From assembly GCA_027297685.1 (NCBI GenBank), contig JAPUHN010000318.1, forward strand, positions 1 through 50,944: a DNA stretch of 50,944 bases, read 5' to 3'. Shown here one piece after another: positions 27,674 through 37,971 of the stretch. Both the position numbers and the translations under genes were made by a program. Source of the DNA: Alphaproteobacteria bacterium. GTDB taxonomy: Bacteria > Pseudomonadota > Alphaproteobacteria > UBA6615. Each line of letters begins with the position of its first letter. Position 1 is the first letter of the stretch. The notes below the pieces were generated by a model. The model was given only the letters and a program-made list of their open reading frames with translations, was not told the DNA's origin and made no database searches.

Positions 27674-28933
27674 ATGAGGCGTGTGGTCGTAACCGGGTTG
27701 GGTCTCGTTACGCCGTTAGGCGTCGGGGTCGAGCACAACTGGCAGGAAATCACCGGCAGTAAATCGGGCATCGGAGCTATCCAGTCTTTCGATGTGTCGG
27801 ATCTGCCTTCCAAGATCGCCGGGCAGGTACCGCGCGGCGATAGCGCTGACGGCAGTTTCAATGCCGATGACTATATGTCGCCCAAGGACCAGCGCCGGGT
27901 CGACGATTTTATCGTCTTCGCCATGGGCGCGGCAGTCCAAGCCGTTGAAGACGCAGGCTGGACGCCCGACGACGAGGAAGAGCTCGAACGTACTGGCGTC
28001 ATAATCGGATCGGGTATCGGCGGCCTGCAAACGATCTACGAAGGTTCTACGCTGATGAACGAGCGGGGACCGCGCCGCGTCGGACCGTTCTTTATTCCCT
28101 CAGCGCTGATAAATCTCGCCTCGGGTTATGTCTCCATTCGGTACGGTTTCAAGGGGCCGAACCACGCCGTGGTCACGGCGTGCTCAACGGGTGCCCACGC
28201 CATCGGCGACGCCTCGCGCATGATCATGCTCGACGACGCAGATGTCATGGTGGCGGGCGGAACCGAAGCGGCAATTTGCAGGATCGGCCTGGCCGGGTTC
28301 TCTGCCGCCAGGGCATTGTCGACCAACTTCAACGATACGCCCGAGCAGGCGTCGCGTCCCTACGATAAGGGCCGCGACGGCTTTGTCATGGGCGAGGGCG
28401 CGGGCATTGTCGTGCTTGAAGAATACGAGCACGCGAAGAAGCGCGGCGCCAAAATCTACGCCGAGGTTATCGGCTATGGCATGTCTGGCGACGCCTATCA
28501 CATAACCGCTCCGGCCAAAGACGGGAATGGCGGGTTTCGGTCCATGGTGGCTGCCTTGAAACGGGCGGAGTTGAATCCCGAGGATATCGATTACGTGAAC
28601 GCCCACGGCACCTCGACGCCACTTGGCGACGAAATCGAGCTGGGCGCGGTGAAGCGCCTGTTTGGCGACCATGCGTACAAATTCGCAATGTCGTCGACCA
28701 AGTCGGCGATTGGTCATCTGCTCGGCGCCGCCGGCAGCGTTGAAGCAATTTATTCGATCCTGGCAATCCAGAATAACGTCGTTCCGCCGACGTTGAATTT
28801 GGACGATCCATCCGATAGCTGCGACATTGAACTGGTGCCGCACACGGCCCAGGAGCGCCCAGTGCGGCGGGTGCTGAGCAATTCGTTCGGATTTGGCGGG
28901 ACCAACGCGACGCTGATATTCTCTGAGTTGTAG
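27674..28933 (+). CDS. fabF: Beta-ketoacyl-ACP synthase II
   Basis: MRRVVVTGLG, active-site ACSTGAHAIG, HGTSTPLGD and NSFGFGGTNA. Confidence 0.94.
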   Translation: MRRVVVTGLGLVTPLGVGVEHNWQEITGSKSGIGAIQSFDVSDLPSKIAGQVPRGDSADGSFNADDYMSPKDQRRVDDFIVFAMGAAVQAVEDAGWTPDDEEELERTGVIIGSGIGGLQTIYEGSTLMNERGPRRVGPFFIPSALINLASGYVSIRYGFKGPNHAVVTACSTGAHAIGDASRMIMLDDADVMVAGGTEAAICRIGLAGFSAARALSTNFNDTPEQASRPYDKGRDGFVMGEGAGIVVLEEYEHAKKRGAKIYAEVIGYGMSGDAYHITAPAKDGNGGFRSMVAALKRAELNPEDIDYVNAHGTSTPLGDEIELGAVKRLFGDHAYKFAMSSTKSAIGHLLGAAGSVEAIYSILAIQNNVVPPTLNLDDPSDSCDIELVPHTAQERPVRRVLSNSFGFGGTNATLIFSEL

Positions 28934-28959
28934 CGCTACATCGCGGATGCTGCTCTGAA

Positions 28960-30018
28960 ATGAACGACCGCGCCGACCAATCACCAAAACATGCACAAGT
29001 GCCCAGCCGGCGCAGGCGTACTGCGCGATTGTTATTCACAACATTTCTGATAGGCGCCGTGACGGTGGTTACCGTCGCTGTCGCCGGTATTGGGTTTTTC
29101 CACCGGGCGTTTGCCGCACCGGGTCCGTTAACCGAAGACGTGATGCTGGTTATACCGCGCGGCGCCTCGGTACGATCGATCGCGGCGCTGCTGGAGGCAC
29201 AGGGTGTCGTCGACGACGCAACAGTGTTTTCGTGGGGCGTTCGTGGATTTGGCGGCGAGCGCCCTTTGGTTGCCGGAGAATACGCGTTTCCCGCGGCCGT
29301 AAGCGCGCGCGATGCCATGCGTCTATTGCAGTCGGGCAAAGTCGTCGCCCGCAATCTCACCATCCCGGAAGGTCTGACGACGCTGCAAATTTTTGCCATG
29401 GTCGATGCGGCCGAAGGGTTGGATGGCGCGCTACCGGCAGGTCCCCAAGCCGGGGAAGGGTCTCTCCTGCCCGAGACTTATCAATATGTGCGCGGCGAGC
29501 GGCGGGTAGAATTTATCGCGCGCATGCAAAAAGCGATGCGTGAAATGCTCGTCCGGCTGTGGCGCGAGCGTAGCGCGGACTCCAGCCCTCTGGCGTCGCC
29601 CCGTGAGGCATTGATCCTGGCTTCGATCGTCGAGCGCGAAACCGGGAAGGCCGAGGAACGGCCACGGATCGCGGCGGTGTTCTTAAACCGGTTGCGGCGA
29701 GGCATGCGTCTGCAATCCGATCCCACAGTGGTTTATGGACTGTCAAACGGTGCTGGGGTTATCGGGCGGCCATTGACCCGTGCCGACCTCGCGGTCGACC
29801 ATCCCTACAACACCTATATTCACACCGGCCTGCCGCCGGAACCGATCGCCAATCCCGGCCGTGATAGCTTGGCCGCCGTTCTGCATCCCGCCAAAACGAA
29901 TGACCTCTATTTCGTTGCCGACGGCACCGGCGGGCATACGTTTGCACGGACGCTGGAAGAGCATAACCGCAATGTCGCGCGCTGGCGCCGCCATCAACGG
30001 CAACAGGGTAACCAATAG
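28960..30018 (+). CDS. mltG: Endolytic murein transglycosylase MltG (YceG family)
   Basis: N-terminal TM helix, IPEGLT, ASIVERET and DPTVVYG. The position after fabF is conserved. Confidence 0.85.
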   Translation: MNDRADQSPKHAQVPSRRRRTARLLFTTFLIGAVTVVTVAVAGIGFFHRAFAAPGPLTEDVMLVIPRGASVRSIAALLEAQGVVDDATVFSWGVRGFGGERPLVAGEYAFPAAVSARDAMRLLQSGKVVARNLTIPEGLTTLQIFAMVDAAEGLDGALPAGPQAGEGSLLPETYQYVRGERRVEFIARMQKAMREMLVRLWRERSADSSPLASPREALILASIVERETGKAEERPRIAAVFLNRLRRGMRLQSDPTVVYGLSNGAGVIGRPLTRADLAVDHPYNTYIHTGLPPEPIANPGRDSLAAVLHPAKTNDLYFVADGTGGHTFARTLEEHNRNVARWRRHQRQQGNQ

Positions 30019-30028
30019 CCCCGCTGTG

Positions 30029-30808
30029 TTAATCGCTGGCCTTCGCCGGCAAGCTGCGCATGAAGCGGTCGGTCGTCCATGGCGGCAGCGCCTGGACCAG
30101 CCAAGCCGCGCCGTACATTTGCCAAGGAAATGCGATGCGTCCGCGGTTGCGCGCCAAGCCGCGGCGGATGATGCGGGCGGCGCGTTCGGCCTCCATGATG
30201 AACGGCATCGGGAAATCGTTTTGCTCCGTCATGCGGGAATGCACGAAACCCGGACAAATGACCGATATGCCGATGCCGGCCCGGGCGTAGGCGTTGCGCA
30301 GCCCCTCGCCATAGTTGCGGATCGCGGCCTTGCTGGCGCAGTACGCCGGCGCACCGGCGAAACCGCGGAACGAAGCGAGGCTCGACATTATGGCGATTTG
30401 GCCTTTACGGTCTGATCCTTGGTGCAGAGTGAAACGTTCCAATGCCGGATGGACGGTGTTGATGACCCCGTCGACGTTGATGGCCATAATACGTTGCGCC
30501 TGATCGAGCGGCTCACCGGCAGTGCCCGTGCCGGCTGAAACGCCGGCGTTGGCAACTACCAAATCTAACGGTGAGCGGTCGTCGGCCTGGCTAATCCATT
30601 GAGCGATAGCAGCGCCGTCGGCCACGTCGATCGCCGCCACCTCAGCGGTCGCGCCCCGCGTCCTGCAATCGTCCGCCACGGCGGCGAGACGAGCCTCGTT
30701 TCTGCCGCCGAGAAATAGCGCGCGGCCTGGCCCGGCATATTCGCACGCGAGCGCCGCCCCGATACCGCTCGACGCCCCGGTAATTAAGATCGATCTTGGG
30801 TTCTGCAT
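30029..30808 (-). CDS. SDR family NAD(P)-dependent oxidoreductase
   Basis: ILITGASSGIGAALA and YCASKAAI. Confidence 0.8.
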   Translation of the reverse strand: MQNPRSILITGASSGIGAALACEYAGPGRALFLGGRNEARLAAVADDCRTRGATAEVAAIDVADGAAIAQWISQADDRSPLDLVVANAGVSAGTGTAGEPLDQAQRIMAINVDGVINTVHPALERFTLHQGSDRKGQIAIMSSLASFRGFAGAPAYCASKAAIRNYGEGLRNAYARAGIGISVICPGFVHSRMTEQNDFPMPFIMEAERAARIIRRGLARNRGRIAFPWQMYGAAWLVQALPPWTTDRFMRSLPAKASD

Positions 30809-30948
30809 CGCTCGTACCTTTTACCCGGTTCGGCTCAGCTTGTTGCCCCAAAGCGGGCAAGCTATAAGGCCGCAGGTGATAATAGCCGATTCGATATACG
30901 CCACGGTTGATACAGGTTGACCTGTGGCGGCCTTGAAAGGAGCGGTGT

Positions 30949-31836
30949 GTGGCGCTGCAGAGCATGACCGGGTTCGCCCGCGCTGCCGGACAAGACGAAC
31001 GCATGTCGTGGACTTGGGAGGCGCGCAGCGTCAACGGCCGATCCCTCGATGTTCGCGTGCGCGTTCCGTCCGGTTTTGAAGCGGTTGAGCAAGCCGTTCG
31101 CGCAGCGGCGGCCTCGCAGTTTCATCGCGGCAACGTTTCGCTGTCGCTGACGATCGACCGGTCCGGCGCGCCACCATCCTATCGTCTCAACCGGGCGCTG
31201 CTCGACCAAGTTTTGGCGCTGCAGGAAGATCTCACCGGTCACATTCGTACCGAACCGCCATCGTTGGAGGGGTTGCTCGCCGTTCGCGGCATGCTCGAAA
31301 CGGTTGACGAGGTGGAAGACGAGCTGGCGGCAACAGCACGCCAGAAATCGTTATCCGCAAGCGGGATCGAGGCCATCGCAAGTTTGGCGGTGGCACGTGC
31401 CGAAGAAGGCGCGCGGCTCGAGGCGTTGATCGCCAACCATATTGAAACCATCACCGGGTTGACCGAAGACGCCCACGCAGCGGACGCAACCCAACCCGAA
31501 GCCCACCGCGAACGGCTGCGCCAATCGATGGCGGAACTGCTGCAGGCCGAGCCCTCGCTGCCGGAAGAACGGTTGGTGCAAGAAGTGGCGCTGCTCGTTG
31601 GCAAGAGCGACGTGCGCGAAGAACTCGACCGGTTGAAGGCTCATATTGCGGCAGCCCATGACTTAATGGCTGAAGGTGCTGCGGTCGGCCGCCGGTTCGA
31701 TTTTCTCTGCCAGGAGTTGAACCGCGAATCGAACACCGTGTGCTCCAAATCGTCTGATGTTGCGCTGACGCGGATTGGCTTGGCATTGAAGGCGGCGATC
31801 GAACAATTACGCGAACAGATTCAAAACGTGGAATAG
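30949..31836 (+). CDS. yicC: YicC family stress-induced protein
   Basis: The N-terminus (M)ALQSMTGFARA...WEARSVNGRSLD and the C-terminus CQELNRESNTVCSKS are YicC hallmarks. GTG start, with AAAGGAG upstream. Confidence 0.85.
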   Translation: MALQSMTGFARAAGQDERMSWTWEARSVNGRSLDVRVRVPSGFEAVEQAVRAAAASQFHRGNVSLSLTIDRSGAPPSYRLNRALLDQVLALQEDLTGHIRTEPPSLEGLLAVRGMLETVDEVEDELAATARQKSLSASGIEAIASLAVARAEEGARLEALIANHIETITGLTEDAHAADATQPEAHRERLRQSMAELLQAEPSLPEERLVQEVALLVGKSDVREELDRLKAHIAAAHDLMAEGAAVGRRFDFLCQELNRESNTVCSKSSDVALTRIGLALKAAIEQLREQIQNVE

Positions 31837-31841
31837 GCGCG

Positions 31842-32498
31842 ATGGCGAGCGACACCGATAAGGAAGGGCTCGAAATGACGCGCCGCGGATTGATGCTGGT
31901 TCTTTCCTCCCCGTCGGGCGCCGGCAAGACATCGATTTCGCGCGAACTGCTTGAACGTGACGACAAAATATCCCTCTCCATATCGGCGACAACGCGACCG
32001 CGGCGACCGGGAGAGGTCGATGGTGAAGACTACAAATTTGTCGATAAAACGACGTTCGATCTAATGATCAATCGGCAGGAGCTACTGGAGCACGCCAAAG
32101 TGTTCGACCATTACTACGGCACGCCGCGCGCACCGGTCGAACAATCCTTGGCGGGGGGCCGCGACGTGTTGTTCGATATCGATTGGCAGGGCACTCAACA
32201 GCTTGCTGAGAAGGCGCGTGGCGATCTCGTGAGCATTTTCATTTTGCCGCCCTCCACGGTCGAACTCGACCGGCGATTGCACAGCCGCGCCCAGGACAGC
32301 GAGGCGGTGATCTCGGAACGCATGGCACGGGCCGCCGATGAAATGACCCATTGGAGCGAGTACGACTACGTCATCGTGAACGTCGATTTCGACAAAAGTG
32401 TTCGCAAGGTGCAGTCGATTCTGGAGGCGGAGCGGCTCAAGCGCCCGCGCCTCGTCGGGTTGTCGGACTTCGTGACCCGATTGCGCCAGGGTCAGTGA
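31842..32498 (+). CDS. gmk: Guanylate kinase
   Basis: LVLSSPSGAGKTS and DIDWQG. The true start could be the ATG at 31875, which is preceded by AAGGAAGG. Confidence 0.9.
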   Translation: MASDTDKEGLEMTRRGLMLVLSSPSGAGKTSISRELLERDDKISLSISATTRPRRPGEVDGEDYKFVDKTTFDLMINRQELLEHAKVFDHYYGTPRAPVEQSLAGGRDVLFDIDWQGTQQLAEKARGDLVSIFILPPSTVELDRRLHSRAQDSEAVISERMARAADEMTHWSEYDYVIVNVDFDKSVRKVQSILEAERLKRPRLVGLSDFVTRLRQGQ

Positions 32499-33370
32499 TT
32501 GCGGCCGATGGTTCGCAATGCGCGGCGCGCCTCTATGGCGTTCGCCAGGGCGCAGAATTGGTGCACTGTTAATTCTTCCGCTCGGGCCGTCTCCGCGATG
32601 TCCACTTGCGCTAACAATTCCGCGCCGCCAACTGACTGCAGCGAGCGGCGAAGCATCTTGCGTCGTTGGCCAAAAGCAAGCCGGGTGACAAATTCCAGAT
32701 CTTCTTGACGGGCAGGGGCCAGCGGGGTGCTGCGGACCTCCATAGCGATAACCGCCGACGTAACCGAAGGCGGCGGCACGAACGCGGTTGGCGCGACATC
32801 GAACAACAACCGGGCTTCGGTGAGCCACTGACACAATACCGAGAGCCTGCCATAGGCTTTGCTTCCGGGCTCGGCGGTGATGCGCTGTGCAACCTCGCGC
32901 TGGAACATCAACGTGAAGCCGATGAACGTTGAGGATGTTTCCAGCCAATTCAGCAGCAACTGGGTGCCGATGTTGTACGGTAAATTGGCGATGACGCGTC
33001 GCGGCGGTGGCGATAGGTCGGCTAAGTTGGTGGTCAGCGCATCGGCCTCCACGACCTTCAAACGGCCGGGAACGGCGTCCGCCAAGTCCCGCAGCGCTCC
33101 GATACAGCGTTGATCGCGCTCCACGGCGACCACGCTGGCTGCGTTGGTTTCCAGCAGCGCGCGGGTCAAACCGCCTGGACCGGCGCCAACTTCGATAACG
33201 TGAACGTCGGATAGATCGCCCGCCGCCGCGGCGATCCGGCGGGTCAAATTCAGGTCGAACAGAAAATGCTGCCCGAACGATTTACGCGCGCCGATTTGAT
33301 GGCGCGCGATAATTTCTCGCAAGGGCGGCAGCGCGTCGAGCTGGCGCCGCCGGTTCTCCGCCGCGGTCAT
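32492..33370 (-). CDS. rsmA: 16S rRNA (adenine1518/1519-N6)-dimethyltransferase
   Basis: KSFGQHFLFDLNL, VIEVGAGPGGLT and ANLPYNI. Its 3' end overlaps gmk convergently by 7 nt. Confidence 0.92.
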   Translation of the reverse strand: MTAAENRRRQLDALPPLREIIARHQIGARKSFGQHFLFDLNLTRRIAAAAGDLSDVHVIEVGAGPGGLTRALLETNAASVVAVERDQRCIGALRDLADAVPGRLKVVEADALTTNLADLSPPPRRVIANLPYNIGTQLLLNWLETSSTFIGFTLMFQREVAQRITAEPGSKAYGRLSVLCQWLTEARLLFDVAPTAFVPPPSVTSAVIAMEVRSTPLAPARQEDLEFVTRLAFGQRRKMLRRSLQSVGGAELLAQVDIAETARAEELTVHQFCALANAIEARRALRTIGRNH

Positions 33371-34410
33371 GCCGCCGCTGCGGACTGTTGTCTTCGCGCA
33401 GCCAGAAACGCCGCCAACTTAACCGCTTCGACGAAACTCGTGGGATCGGCACGGCCGGTTCCGGCAATATCCAGAGCGGTACCGTGGTCGGGCGAGGTGC
33501 GGATGATAGGGAGCCCCAATGTGACGTTGACCGACCGGTGAAAATCCAATGTTTTCAACGGGATCAGCGCTTGGTCATGATACATGCAAATAACCGCGTC
33601 GTGGCTCCGGCGCGCCTCTGGGTGGAATAGTGTATCGGCCGCCGCCGGCCCGCTGGCATCGATTCCGGCTGCGCGAATTTGGGCCACCGCAGGTGCGATG
33701 ATGGAGGATTCCTCGCCGCCCAACGCGCCGTCTTCGCCGGCGTGGGGATTGAGGGCTGCGATCGCCAACCGCGGCCGTGCGATGCCGAATTCTGTGCGCA
33801 GAGCATCGGCTGTGACGATTGCGCAATGGACTATGTCTTCGGTGCGCAGCGCCTGAACCGCGTCGGCGAGCGATGTATGGATCGTGACCGGCACGACGCG
33901 CAATTCGGGGCCGGTCAGCATCATCACAGGTGCGCTGTCTGCCTTGGTAGCTTTGGCCAGATACTCCGTATGTCCGGGTTCGTCGAAGCCCGCCCCGTAG
34001 AGAACGCTTTTTTGAATGGGATTGGTCACCACTGCCGCCACGTCGCCGCTTGTCGCCAGCGCTATTGCGCGATCGAGCGATGCAATGACGGCCTGCGCAT
34101 TGGCTGGATTGATCCGTCCGGGTTCGACCGGTGCGGGCAGGGATGTGGGCAACACCGGAATAGCATCGGGCCAAACGGCCCCTGCGTCTGCTGCATTGGA
34201 AACGGATTCGACGTTGACCGGGCAACCAATGACGTTGGCCAATTGGGCGATCCTATCTGGATCGTCAATCAGTATTAGTGGCGGTAACTCGTTCGCGTAC
34301 CGAGCCCAAGCCATGCATGCAATCTCGCCGCCGATGCCTGCCGGCTCGCCCATTGTGACGGCAATCGGGAAGTGTCTCATTGGAGCCGACGAGGCGTTGT
34401 CAAACGTCAT
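33367..34410 (-). CDS. pdxA: 4-hydroxythreonine-4-phosphate dehydrogenase
   Basis: TMGEPAGIGGEI, GHTEYLA, LNPHAGE and SPDHGTALDIAGTG. Confidence 0.92.
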   Translation of the reverse strand: MTFDNASSAPMRHFPIAVTMGEPAGIGGEIACMAWARYANELPPLILIDDPDRIAQLANVIGCPVNVESVSNAADAGAVWPDAIPVLPTSLPAPVEPGRINPANAQAVIASLDRAIALATSGDVAAVVTNPIQKSVLYGAGFDEPGHTEYLAKATKADSAPVMMLTGPELRVVPVTIHTSLADAVQALRTEDIVHCAIVTADALRTEFGIARPRLAIAALNPHAGEDGALGGEESSIIAPAVAQIRAAGIDASGPAAADTLFHPEARRSHDAVICMYHDQALIPLKTLDFHRSVNVTLGLPIIRTSPDHGTALDIAGTGRADPTSFVEAVKLAAFLAARRQQSAAAA

Positions 34411-35774
34411 ACCCGCAGATCGACAAATGCCGAACGGCGTAAGTCACGCAAATACCGACGCGACAACATATCGATCCGCTGGCGCAACAATGTATCGCGG
34501 ATCTGGTCACGTGGCAGCGCGCCGGTCTCTTGCCGTTCGCAAACCATAATAATTTGAACTCCGGATGGATTGCGCAGGGGTGCGCTGGCGACGCCAACCT
34601 CGACTTCCCCGGCAACACCCCGCAATTTTTCGTTGAGGTCGCCGAGGCGGAAGGCGGCCGGTTCGGTCGGCTGCGGCGTACCCATTTCCCTTGCGATCTC
34701 GGCAAAATCGTCGCAGCCCGAAGTATTCTCCGCAACTTGTTGCGCCAGCGAGACTTGACTTTGAACGTCCACTTCCGGTGCGTCCTCGGACAACGGTAGG
34801 ACAAGTTGGCGCAAAGTAATGCGCGCATCTTCCGCTCCGGGTGTCCTAAGCTTACGCCGGTCGCTCATCTGCAGGATTAAATAACCGTCGGGAGTCGCAA
34901 CCGGATCTGAGACTTTTCCAACATCGAGCAATGCGAGCGCCCGGTTGGCTTCGTCGATGAGTTCGCCTTCCTGGATCCAGCCGATATCGCCGCCTGTTGC
35001 TGCGCTGGCGCTCTTGGAAAACTGGCGGGCGATTGCGGATATTTCGGCGCCGAGACGGATCTGCGCGGTCAGCCGATTAGCCAAATCTAAGACCGTTTGG
35101 CGTTGGGCGGCATCGTCGACGGGCAGCAAGATTTCCGACACGCGATACTGGGTCTGCCCTTGTCCCGAGCGGATGCGCTTGATTACAGAATCGATCTCTT
35201 CTTCGCCGATAGTGATGGTTGGTGCGACGCGGCGGCGGATCAGTTTTTGCCAAGCGACATTGGCGCGAATTTGTGTCAGGGCCGCTTCGGTAGAAACGCC
35301 GCGGCTTCTGATCATATCTTCGAAGCGTCCCTCGGGTATGTTGTTAGACCGTTCGATCTGGCTCACGGCATCGTCCATTTCGCGCGAGGAGACACGAATA
35401 TTAAGCCGCTCGGCTTCTTCGGTTTGCAACGCCTCGTCGATCAGGCCGCGCAGAACTTGCGGCGCCATACTGCGCCGCTGATCAGCACTGTTCGGGAGCC
35501 CGGCCGAGAAGATCAACAAGTCGATCCGTTGGCGCAGGTCATATATCGAGATGACTTTGTCGTTGACGACGGCGGCGATGCGTTCGACCTGTTGTGCGTT
35601 CGACGGCACGGTGCCGGGCGCGATAAACGCAACCACAAATGCACATACGAGCAGGTGGTTTCGCAGCCCACCAGATGCATTTATTTGGGAGCGCTTTGTC
35701 CGGCGCCAGTTTCTATAGTTGTTCATCGTCACCGACATACCCAACATCGCAGCATTGTAAGTATTTTGAACCAT
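34407..35774 (-). CDS. surA: Periplasmic chaperone / peptidyl-prolyl isomerase SurA
   Basis: Signal peptide, then IAAVVNDKVISIYDL (SurA N-domain) and a parvulin domain. Sits in the lptD-surA-pdxA-rsmA order known from E. coli. The exact start is uncertain because there are several in-frame Met codons. Confidence 0.85.
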   Translation of the reverse strand: MVQNTYNAAMLGMSVTMNNYRNWRRTKRSQINASGGLRNHLLVCAFVVAFIAPGTVPSNAQQVERIAAVVNDKVISIYDLRQRIDLLIFSAGLPNSADQRRSMAPQVLRGLIDEALQTEEAERLNIRVSSREMDDAVSQIERSNNIPEGRFEDMIRSRGVSTEAALTQIRANVAWQKLIRRRVAPTITIGEEEIDSVIKRIRSGQGQTQYRVSEILLPVDDAAQRQTVLDLANRLTAQIRLGAEISAIARQFSKSASAATGGDIGWIQEGELIDEANRALALLDVGKVSDPVATPDGYLILQMSDRRKLRTPGAEDARITLRQLVLPLSEDAPEVDVQSQVSLAQQVAENTSGCDDFAEIAREMGTPQPTEPAAFRLGDLNEKLRGVAGEVEVGVASAPLRNPSGVQIIMVCERQETGALPRDQIRDTLLRQRIDMLSRRYLRDLRRSAFVDLRV

Positions 35775-35820
35775 CTACTCTGATATGGCGAATGCTCCGA
35801 AAGCACCGGCCGTATGTTTC

Positions 35821-37971
35821 TTAGAACCCAGTTCCAAATTCGCCCAAAGTTTTAAAGATCACTCGGACAAATATGCTTTGTTCCGGAGGCACATCGCGAT
35901 CTCGAGTAAATGTCCGTCTGTAATTTATTGAAAAATCTAAACAATCACAAATGTATCGTAGCGAGGCCCCCCAAGAAAGAGTGCCGCCGTTATCGCTGAG
36001 ATCGCGTCTTGTATCGACACGAGCGCTCCACTGGTCGGTAATGTCGGAGGACAATCCGGCGCGAATTTCTTCGCGTTCTGGGAATTCCGCTGTCTGATCG
36101 AAGAAAATGTAATTGATGTCGCCGCGTAGAAGCCGCGGGCCGTAAATCGCCGAAACTTCGGTGCGTTTTGCGCTCAGATTGCTAACATCGATACGGGTTT
36201 TGTAAATCAGGTCGAGGAACTTGTTGGGCGAAATCGTCAGACGTCCCACAATGTCCGATTGGTGGTCGTTGAGCCCCGATCCAAAGTCGAAGGTATTGTT
36301 CTTGCGGAACTGATACGACTGACCGACAAAAAATGTGCTGCTGCCGCCGCCGTCGCCATATACACCGCCACGCAGTCCGTAAACGACACGGCTCCCTCCT
36401 TCGACGCGGTCCTTTCCCGGAAAACGGTTGGGACTGAACAAATTTGTTTCGTCGAGTTCGAAAGCCAAGCTGTCCTCGTTTGGTATTCGATCTGGATTTC
36501 CACCGTTGGGCGCAAGGACAAGCACAGCGATCGGCTCTATCAACATGCCACTCGACTTGGCGCGTCGTATCCAGGGATATCGCCATTCGGCAACCAGTTG
36601 CGGAAAAATGCGACCGGTCAGACCGGTCTCTGTACCGCCTGAGGGAACCGCGACGTCTGCGACATTGTAAATATCAGTCTGCAAAGTCGCGTTGAGTGTC
36701 GTTACGGTACCGATGTTGCTGACGTAGGGGAAATGCCATCCGCCGGTCAAACTGATACGCTGGCTCGACGTACCTTCGTCGCGTCCCAACGACTGAAAGT
36801 TGGCGTCGAACGTCGTATAGGCGCCATGCTTGCCGGGATCGCTGACAAAATTGTAATCGATCTTGGGCAGGACCAGCGGAATTTCTTCTTGTCTGTCTTC
36901 CTGCCGTAGTCCCTGAAAATATATGCCTTCCGCCGCCGCATATGTGCGCGATCCAAACCGCTCGATAAATGCTCTGCTGGTCAACGTGTCTTTGCCAGTG
37001 AATCCATATCGGGAAAGATAGGTGTCGTCCGACGCCAGTTTTACGTTGGTCCCCCAGCGCCAATCATCGTTGATGACAAAACGAGCCTCGGCGTCGATAT
37101 GGCCGCGACCTCTTTCGTTGGTGCTGTCGGTGGTATCGAAAATGCCGCTTAGCCGGCCGCGCAATTCTCCGTTGCCGAATGACTGCCGGTATTCGCCGGT
37201 AATAAGCGGGTAGTTCGACGCGTAAAATATCGGGTCGAACGTCAGATCCTTATCGCGCGAAATAGCCCAAAAATAGCGTAGGCGTATCGACGACCCCAAC
37301 GAGTCCGAGCCACCGAATGTGGGCGTCAAGAGCCCGGTCTTGCGTTTCACGGTCGGATCGGGATGGCTCAGAAACGGCGTGTAGGCGACCGGTATACCGA
37401 GTAGTTCCAACGTCGCGTCCCGATACACAACTTCATGGCGCTCTTGGTTGTGTGTGACCTTGGCGGCTTTGATATTCCACAACGGCTCGCCGTCGAACCC
37501 CACGCAGTCGCGGCAGGCAGAGTAGAAAGCTTGGTTGAGTCGCGTTTCGACACCGCCACGCCGTTGCGCGCTGACGGCGGCCAGCCGCGAGTTATCTTCC
37601 AGCAGCATTCGAAAGCCTCGCAAAAAGCCTTCGCGCATATCGTCGGTTAACTCGGCGAACTCGGCGAATAGAACTTCGCCGGTGGGTTCCACGAGAATGA
37701 CGTTGCCCGACGCGGTGACCACATCGTCGCGTTGGTTATAAATCACCATATCAGCCAGCAAGACCCGTTCGCCCTGGCTGATTTCGACATTCCCTTTCGC
37801 TGTTGCGATACCCAACTCATCGTCGAACTGGAGCTCGTCAGCCGTCATCAAGATGGGAACGTCGCGCTCAAATCGCTGACCATGGGCGACGATTGGCAAC
37901 GCCAGAACGAACACGGCTGCGAGAATTATCGACCGCAGTGGAAATACCATCGCGCCGCGCCACGCTCGCAT
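35821..37971 (-). CDS. lptD: LPS assembly outer membrane protein LptD
   Basis: OstA-like N-domain (LTADELQFDDELGIATAKGNVEISQG) and a large beta-barrel. I place the start at the ATG at 37971 (MRAWRGAMVFPLRSIILAAVFVLALPIVAHG, a signal peptide), which overlaps the lptG stop as TAATG. The track start is at 38037. Confidence 0.88.
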   Translation of the reverse strand: MRAWRGAMVFPLRSIILAAVFVLALPIVAHGQRFERDVPILMTADELQFDDELGIATAKGNVEISQGERVLLADMVIYNQRDDVVTASGNVILVEPTGEVLFAEFAELTDDMREGFLRGFRMLLEDNSRLAAVSAQRRGGVETRLNQAFYSACRDCVGFDGEPLWNIKAAKVTHNQERHEVVYRDATLELLGIPVAYTPFLSHPDPTVKRKTGLLTPTFGGSDSLGSSIRLRYFWAISRDKDLTFDPIFYASNYPLITGEYRQSFGNGELRGRLSGIFDTTDSTNERGRGHIDAEARFVINDDWRWGTNVKLASDDTYLSRYGFTGKDTLTSRAFIERFGSRTYAAAEGIYFQGLRQEDRQEEIPLVLPKIDYNFVSDPGKHGAYTTFDANFQSLGRDEGTSSQRISLTGGWHFPYVSNIGTVTTLNATLQTDIYNVADVAVPSGGTETGLTGRIFPQLVAEWRYPWIRRAKSSGMLIEPIAVLVLAPNGGNPDRIPNEDSLAFELDETNLFSPNRFPGKDRVEGGSRVVYGLRGGVYGDGGGSSTFFVGQSYQFRKNNTFDFGSGLNDHQSDIVGRLTISPNKFLDLIYKTRIDVSNLSAKRTEVSAIYGPRLLRGDINYIFFDQTAEFPEREEIRAGLSSDITDQWSARVDTRRDLSDNGGTLSWGASLRYICDCLDFSINYRRTFTRDRDVPPEQSIFVRVIFKTLGEFGTGF

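Noticed and set aside
28184-29399. Long minus-strand ORFs of 270 and 310 aa spanning the fabF end and the mltG start.
   Set aside because: They are antisense to two well-supported genes. Their composition (R/A/S/P-rich, e.g. RRRRADDQSPTW) is typical of spurious high-GC ORFs, and there is no ribosome-binding site or domain signature.
30866-30934. Inverted repeat AAGGCCGCAGGT / ACCTGTGGCGGCCTT upstream of yicC.
   Set aside because: It gives only 8+4 bp interrupted by a 3-nt bulge with a 42-nt loop. It does not cover the Shine-Dalgarno sequence and is too weak to interpret without comparative data.
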